From IMG/VR virus record IMGVR_UViG_3300032397_000009: 20,000 nucleotides of DNA; one strand, written 5' to 3'. Origin of the DNA: an uncultured virus (IMG/VR IMGVR_UViG_3300032397_000009). Taxonomy: Duplodnaviria > Heunggongvirae > Uroviricota > Caudoviricetes. Under the pieces are notes generated by a model. It saw only the letters and a list, made by a program, of their open reading frames with translations. It was not told the DNA's origin and did no database searches. Each line of letters starts with the position of its first letter. The first letter of the stretch is position 1. The position numbers and the translations under genes are program-made. Below, in pieces: positions 15,831 through 20,000 of this stretch.

Positions 15831-16100
15831 CTAGAGCTTCACGAGCTCCTCGATGAGCCTGCCGAACCGCGCCGAGACTTGCTGGATGAGGTCGGCGCGG
15901 GCGTTGGCATAGGCGATCCTGTACATTGCCTCCTGCGACTTGTCCGAGGCCGTGATCTCGAGGATCGTCCTGATCGCACCGCTCAGGCTCGGATCGCCTC
16001 GCTTGTTCTCGATGCTGTTTCGCTCGGCGAAATCGGTCACGAGCGCATGTAGCTCCGGCGTGATCCGCACGCGGACGATCTTCGACTGGATCCTAGCCAT
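15831..16100 (-). CDS. Ribbon-helix-helix DNA-binding protein (89 aa)
   Basis: KIVRVRI strand, TPELHALVTDFA helix, SLSGAIRTILE helix. Confidence 0.7.
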   Translation of the reverse strand: MARIQSKIVRVRITPELHALVTDFAERNSIENKRGDPSLSGAIRTILEITASDKSQEAMYRIAYANARADLIQQVSARFGRLIEELVKL

Positions 16101-16437
16101 GGTTCGCCTCGGCGATCTTCCGATTCCAGAACGCCTGGATTACCTTCAAGGTATTACGAGCGTCAGAGCGGTCTACCCGCTTCTGCTTCTGGGACGCGGA
16201 CTCCCAGGTCGGGGTGACGCCATCCATCTTGATCTCATATCTCCTGACGTGGCGCTTGAAGGCATACACGGCGAGATCCTCGACGAGCTCACGCGTAAGC
16301 GCCTTAGCCTTCTCGACATCACCGATCCCGAACTTCTGGTGGTAGCTGCCGAGCTGGTCGGTGATGTTCTGGAGGATGCTGTCGGTGGCCGCGAGCATCG
16401 TCTCACCGAGGCCGTCCGCTTTTATTTTCTTCGCCAT
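16093..16437 (-). CDS. Hypothetical protein (114 aa)
   Basis: GGGGAG upstream; overlaps the next gene. Confidence 0.7.
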   Translation of the reverse strand: MAKKIKADGLGETMLAATDSILQNITDQLGSYHQKFGIGDVEKAKALTRELVEDLAVYAFKRHVRRYEIKMDGVTPTWESASQKQKRVDRSDARNTLKVIQAFWNRKIAEANHG

Positions 16438-16440
16438 ATC

Positions 16441-16659
16441 TCACTCCCCATCGTGGTCGAAGATCTCCGCATCGCGAGTGGCCTGCGCCTCGGCGATGGC
16501 GTCTCTGCGGCCACGCGAGTAGGCCAGATCTTCCCTAGCCATAATGACATTAAGGATGGCGAGGCCCGCTGTATGCATGGCAGCGTCTGCTGACTCCTGC
16601 GCCTTCCTAAGATCGCCTTCGGCTTCGGCAAGGATCTTGTTGACCGGGCATTCAGACAT
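16441..16659 (-). CDS. Small helical hypothetical protein (72 aa)
   Basis: ATG immediately after the thioredoxin stop. Confidence 0.6.
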   Translation of the reverse strand: MSECPVNKILAEAEGDLRKAQESADAAMHTAGLAILNVIMAREDLAYSRGRRDAIAEAQATRDAEIFDHDGE

Positions 16660-16660
16660 T

Positions 16661-17005
16661 CTACCCACCCGAGTGTTTCTGGAAGAACGCCTTGTACTTC
16701 TCGGGCGTCTCCGCGCCCTCGAGCCGGCCGACCGCCTTGCCGCCGCGGAAGGCGATGACCGTGGGCATGTTCTCGACCTTGTGCGCGTCCGCGACGTCCA
16801 TGGCCACGTCCGCGTCGACCTCGACGACCTCGGCGCAGGTCTTCGTGAGCGCCTCGGAGATCGCCGCCTTACTCTCCTGGCAGGCGCCGCAGAACTGGCT
16901 CGCGAACTTCATGAACACCGTGTGGCCGTCCTTGGTGCTGTCCACCACCTTGTTCACCTGCATGCCGGCGATGGGCCTCACGGACCTGTGACACGATTTC
17001 GCCAT
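16661..17005 (-). CDS. Thioredoxin (114 aa)
   Basis: Start MAKSC at 17005 after GAGGGAG; FASQFCGAC, VEVDAD, MPT (cis-Pro loop), FRGGKAVGRLEGA. Confidence 0.9.
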   Translation of the reverse strand: MAKSCHRSVRPIAGMQVNKVVDSTKDGHTVFMKFASQFCGACQESKAAISEALTKTCAEVVEVDADVAMDVADAHKVENMPTVIAFRGGKAVGRLEGAETPEKYKAFFQKHSGG

Positions 17006-17013
17006 GTTCTCCC

Positions 17014-17454
17014 TCATTCTCCCCACGTCAGTGGATAGGCCTCGAAGACAAGCTGGTACGAGCTCCGAGGCGTCGAGTAGAACGCGAACAGGTAGTCGTT
17101 CCAGGAGCTCGGAATTGTGGGAACGAGACACTCGGCGCAGATCGCCCGCCCCCGGAACACGATCGACACACCATTGACGTACTCATCGACGGCCACCGGA
17201 CCCACGCCACAGACCTCACACGCGGCCCAGTCGAGCCAGCACTGCAGGCAGAGGTTGCCAACCGGCGTGACCCGAACGCTGCGGATGCTCGGACCGTAGG
17301 GGATGTTCCGGCGACGACACCTGGCGCAGGACGAGGCGTGCCTCGTGAAGCTGTTCCACTCGTTGAGGCGCGAAAATACGATCCGTGATTCACGGGTTTC
17401 AATGCTCCAAGCCGAGAGCTCGATCTCGCTGTCGGCCGCCCAGATACTTGCCAC
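17014..17454 (-). CDS. Protein with four CxxC pairs, double zinc finger (146 aa)
   Basis: CARC, CLQC, CEVC, CAEC; start uncertain. Confidence 0.65.
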   Translation of the reverse strand: MASIWAADSEIELSAWSIETRESRIVFSRLNEWNSFTRHASSCARCRRRNIPYGPSIRSVRVTPVGNLCLQCWLDWAACEVCGVGPVAVDEYVNGVSIVFRGRAICAECLVPTIPSSWNDYLFAFYSTPRSSYQLVFEAYPLTWGE

Positions 17455-17485
17455 TCCCGGTGTCCATCTCTCCCCAGGCCAGAAG

Positions 17486-17520
17486 ATCGTACTACTTCAA
17501 TTATCAAGGTGTCAATTTTT
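17486..17520 (-). promoter_or_regulatory. Sigma70-type promoter
   Basis: -35 TTGACA (17515-17510), 18-bp AT-rich spacer, -10 TACGAT (17491-17486), A-tract upstream; intergenic. Confidence 0.75.
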
Positions 17521-17525
17521 GAAGA

Positions 17526-17577
17526 CCGGCAGCACTCGGCGGATGTGGGGGGCATCTGGTTTTCCGGGGGCTGCCGG
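17526..17577. other. Intergenic extended stem-loop
   Basis: ccggcagc/gctgccgg outer arms plus inner pairings ctcgg/ccggg and cggatgt/gcatctg; no U-tract on either side. Confidence 0.5.
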
Positions 17578-17610
17578 CCAGCCTCGATGATAGGAGGTTC
17601 GCCGCCGATG

Positions 17611-18402
17611 TCAACTTCCTGCGGTGTCGAGTTCCTTGATGTCCTTCCAACACATGACCCATTCGAGGGCCGTGTAGCCGTCCATGGACTTCAGGAGGGT
17701 CGTCTGGTGCATCATCGCGAGCTCGATGTCCATCCTCGCCCTGAGGCGCCTCGTGGGCGGCGCAGGCTCTTTCCGCGCGGCCTTGCGGGCCCGGCTGACC
17801 GTCATCTTGCCCCCGGCCGCGGCAAGCTGCTCGAGCTGCTGGGCCTGCTCCTCCCGCGGCAGGGCGGCGAACTGCGTGGCCGCGGTGGGCGAGATCGTGC
17901 CGGCGAGCACGGCCTTCTTGACGCTCGGGTCGAGCTCGTTCAGCTTGAGCCAGTTGCGGATCGTGGCGATGTCGACACCGAAGTCCACCGCGGCCCCCTC
18001 CTCGGTCCCACCGAAGCCCAGGTACTGCTCGAGGATCTTGGCCTTGATCAGGGGATCGCTCTCCTGGGAGTACTCGTTGGCGCTGATAGACACGCCGAGG
18101 CGCGTCAGCTCTCCCCCGCGGCGGTAGACGCAGGGCACCAGGACGGCCTGCTCGCCGGCCTCACGGAGGCGCTTGTTCGCCTCACGGGCGTGCCTCGTGC
18201 GCTGCGTGCCGTCGTCGACGAGCGCCTTCTCGCCGTCCTTGGTGATGATCACGGGCTTGATGACGCCGTACTTCATGATGTTGAGGACGAAGCGCTCCTT
18301 GAGCGGCATCTTCGATCTGGCGTCGTTCTTGAGCACGAGATCGTCGGGGTCGAAGTAGAACAGATCGCCGCTTCGGACATTGAACGATTTATGGCCTCCC
18401 AT
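17611..18402 (-). CDS. ParB/Spo0J-like protein with HTH (263 aa)
   Basis: NIMKYGVIKPVII, VDDGTQRTRHA (ParB N-domain), ANE, HTH EEGAAVDFGVDIATIRNWLKL, LDPSVKKAVLAGTISPTAA. Confidence 0.85.
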   Translation of the reverse strand: MGGHKSFNVRSGDLFYFDPDDLVLKNDARSKMPLKERFVLNIMKYGVIKPVIITKDGEKALVDDGTQRTRHAREANKRLREAGEQAVLVPCVYRRGGELTRLGVSISANEYSQESDPLIKAKILEQYLGFGGTEEGAAVDFGVDIATIRNWLKLNELDPSVKKAVLAGTISPTAATQFAALPREEQAQQLEQLAAAGGKMTVSRARKAARKEPAPPTRRLRARMDIELAMMHQTTLLKSMDGYTALEWVMCWKDIKELDTAGS

Positions 18403-18425
18403 CTAACCCTCCCTTTTGAAAATTC

Positions 18426-18761
18426 CTAGTCCCCAACCACCGTGCCGTTTGACCAACACCACACGTCAGCCACCTGAAAACCGATCACGACCTCGAAATC
18501 CTCGTCCCTTGAGTTGTCCCACACGGACACCCAGATTCCACCGGTCCCGGTACGCGCCGGCGCCTTTCCATAGGATTCCAGGGAGTCCAACACTACAAGT
18601 GTCGTCTCCCGGATCTGCTCTTCCGACGGGATGTACGTTTCACCCACCAGAGTGCTCCATTTCCAGTTCAAGAGCTTGTAGATCGGTGCCGCCTTCTTCG
18701 CGAAGCCGGCCACTCCCTTACGAGCGGCAGCGAACGCCGCGAGGTATTTCTCTTTATTCAT
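18426..18761 (-). CDS. Hypothetical protein (111 aa)
   Basis: ATGA coupling; GGAGGAG upstream. Confidence 0.7.
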   Translation of the reverse strand: MNKEKYLAAFAAARKGVAGFAKKAAPIYKLLNWKWSTLVGETYIPSEEQIRETTLVVLDSLESYGKAPARTGTGGIWVSVWDNSRDEDFEVVIGFQVADVWCWSNGTVVGD

Positions 18762-19114
18762 CGAGTCTCCTCCGTGTTCGAGTTCTGTCGACCGGCGGCG
18801 AGGTATGCGCGCACCGCGTCGGCAATCTCAAAATCGATGTGGACGAGCCTAGCGTTCGGCGGCGGCGTCACATGTCGGAACGCCGCGTCGGTGAGCCGCA
18901 GTGATCGGGGCGTCGGAATGGCGTCGAACGCCTTCGTGAGATAGCCCTTGCGCTCGAGCGCCTTGAGGTGATCGATCACGCCGTTCGTCGAGGAGATGTG
19001 CGCGAAGTCACAGATCTCGCGGATCGACGGCTGGTACGCGCGCTCCAGCGTGAACTGCACGATGTACGTGAGGATGAGATCCTGGCGTTCAGTCAGACGC
19101 TGCATCCTCTGCAT
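18758..19114 (-). CDS. LexA-like DNA-binding-domain protein lacking the S24 peptidase domain (118 aa)
   Basis: LTERQDLILTYI...YQPSIREIC...SSTNGVIDHLKALERKGYL...RSLRL; protein ends about 45 aa later. Confidence 0.88.
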   Translation of the reverse strand: MQRMQRLTERQDLILTYIVQFTLERAYQPSIREICDFAHISSTNGVIDHLKALERKGYLTKAFDAIPTPRSLRLTDAAFRHVTPPPNARLVHIDFEIADAVRAYLAAGRQNSNTEETR

Positions 19115-19565
19115 CCCTCCACATCTCCCGGCCGATCAGATCTGGGATCTGCTCGAAGCATATAGGACTCCTGTCGTCGCGGAAGATCTCGTAGTAGTCG
19201 TGGCGCCGGAAACCGCCGACCAGATTGACCAAAAGCTTTCCGATGCCGTAGTTGATCTCGCTGTCGTTCCAGACGACACCGTTCTTGACGGCTTCCGCGT
19301 CGATCACGACGCCGGTGGCGCACCAGTGCTCGAACGCGAAGTACTCCTGCTCGGAGCACGAGCAGTGCTCGGTCGGCAAGCCGTTCTTGAAGGCCTCGTA
19401 GAGATCGAGGAAGAGATCCTGGCAGAAGTAGATCGCCGACTCGACCCGAGTAGGGAACGCGGGAACCGCTGGGCACTTCCCCTTGACGATATCGATCAGC
19501 AGGGAGAGGGACTGCAGGTCCACCTCGCCGATCTCGATCGTCACGCGCCTGAGCCCGAGGTTCAT
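19089..19565 (-). CDS. Hypothetical protein (158 aa)
   Basis: Start MNLGL at 19565, just after the upstream stop. Confidence 0.7.
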   Translation of the reverse strand: MNLGLRRVTIEIGEVDLQSLSLLIDIVKGKCPAVPAFPTRVESAIYFCQDLFLDLYEAFKNGLPTEHCSCSEQEYFAFEHWCATGVVIDAEAVKNGVVWNDSEINYGIGKLLVNLVGGFRRHDYYEIFRDDRSPICFEQIPDLIGREMWRDAEDAASD

Positions 19566-19567
19566 GT

Positions 19568-19804
19568 TCAGACCTTTCCCGAGAGGTAGTCGCGGAGGAT
19601 CTTCCGCAGCTCGCCGAGGGAGCGCACCGCATGCTCGACATGCGGCGTGCTGACGCCCTCCTGCCTCCCGAACCACGACCAGAACGCCTGGAACGGCTCC
19701 TGCTCCCGCGGATCCGTCAACCCCTGGAGCACCTTGTCGAGAGTCTCGAGGTTCGAGCGGCTCAGGAACTTCTGCAGCCTTATGACCGTCTTGAAGCTCA
19801 TCAC
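19568..19804 (-). CDS. Hypothetical protein (about 78 aa)
   Basis: Coupled to the upstream stop; AAGGA upstream. Confidence 0.7.
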   Translation of the reverse strand: MMSFKTVIRLQKFLSRSNLETLDKVLQGLTDPREQEPFQAFWSWFGRQEGVSTPHVEHAVRSLGELRKILRDYLSGKV

Positions 19805-20000
19805 TCGTCCTTCTCTTGCGCGCGGATCGCGGCGGCGACCTTCGCGCGGGCGCGCTTCATGTCCAGCGCGAACTTGAACCTCTCGGCCATGGCCTTGGAT
19901 TCCTCCTCGGTCTTGAAAGTCGCGCCCACAGGAGGCAGGTCGTAGGCCTTGAGATCCTCGTCGGTCAACTCGAGCGGCGTATCGGCCGGCAACTCCACCT
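19801..20000 (-). CDS. Hypothetical protein, probably N-terminally truncated by the window edge
   Basis: Open frame to the window end: ...VELPADTPLELTDEDLKAYDLPP... Confidence 0.6.
   Translation of the reverse strand, partial: VELPADTPLELTDEDLKAYDLPPVGATFKTEEESKAMAERFKFALDMKRARAKVAAAIRAQEKDE

Larger units (their letters stand above)
1..20000 (-). mobile_element. Phage/prophage-like (viral) accessory gene region spanning the whole window
   Basis: About 50 short co-oriented, translationally coupled ORFs; phage-typical families (DUF3310, ASCH-like, MmcB-like, ParB-like, tyrosine recombinase, muralytic enzymes); no housekeeping genes. No boundaries or att sites seen. Confidence 0.85.

Noticed and set aside
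17399..17467. 22-codon ORF (MDTGSGKYLGGRQRDRALGLEH) right after the promoter
   Set aside because: Overlaps the four-CxxC gene out of frame and SD spacing is poor; cannot be supported as a leader peptide.
33..19945. All plus-strand ORFs in the track, such as 2793-3830, 11054-11998 and 17509-18429
   Set aside because: Antisense shadows of a fully tiled minus-strand gene set in GC-rich DNA; low-complexity Arg/Pro/Ser-rich translations with no motifs.
1..20000. Very frequent TCGA/CTCGAG
   Set aside because: Plausibly explained by CTC/GTC/ATC followed by GAG/GAC codons in GC-rich genes; no spacing periodicity seen and enrichment not computed.
1..20000. Stop-codon recoding, diversity-generating retroelement, tRNA or CRISPR array
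   Set aside because: TAA, TAG and TGA all end genes at tight junctions; no reverse transcriptase, cloverleaf or spaced repeats were seen.

Overview
GC-rich (roughly 65% by eye), gene-dense segment of a virus, prophage or phage-like element. About 50 mostly short ORFs all lie on the minus strand, many joined by ATGA/GTGA/TGATG stop-start overlaps. Recognisable products: an MmcB-like PD-(D/E)XK nuclease (partial), an ASCH-like protein, a winged-HTH protein, a DUF3310 protein, a tyrosine recombinase, a signal-peptide SLT-type lytic transglycosylase, a C-terminally membrane-anchored SleB/CwlJ-like hydrolase, an RHH regulator, a thioredoxin, a ParB-like protein and a LexA DNA-binding domain with no protease domain. 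There are also two probable lipoproteins and about a dozen Cys-rich or zinc-ribbon proteins. Two sigma70-type promoters are visible (about 13.75 kb and 17.5 kb). No capsid, terminase, replication, tRNA or CRISPR features were seen. The LexA motif STNGVxDHLKALERKGY hints at a Myxococcota/deltaproteobacterial-type host (inference). The most notable observations are the paired, oppositely targeted muralytic enzymes, a low-GC in-frame module bounded by a 19-bp direct repeat, a recombinase flanked by similar zinc-ribbon genes, and a TCTAGA palindrome around the first ribosome-binding site of a ~13.7-kb operon. All family calls come from motif recognition by eye; no database searches were run.
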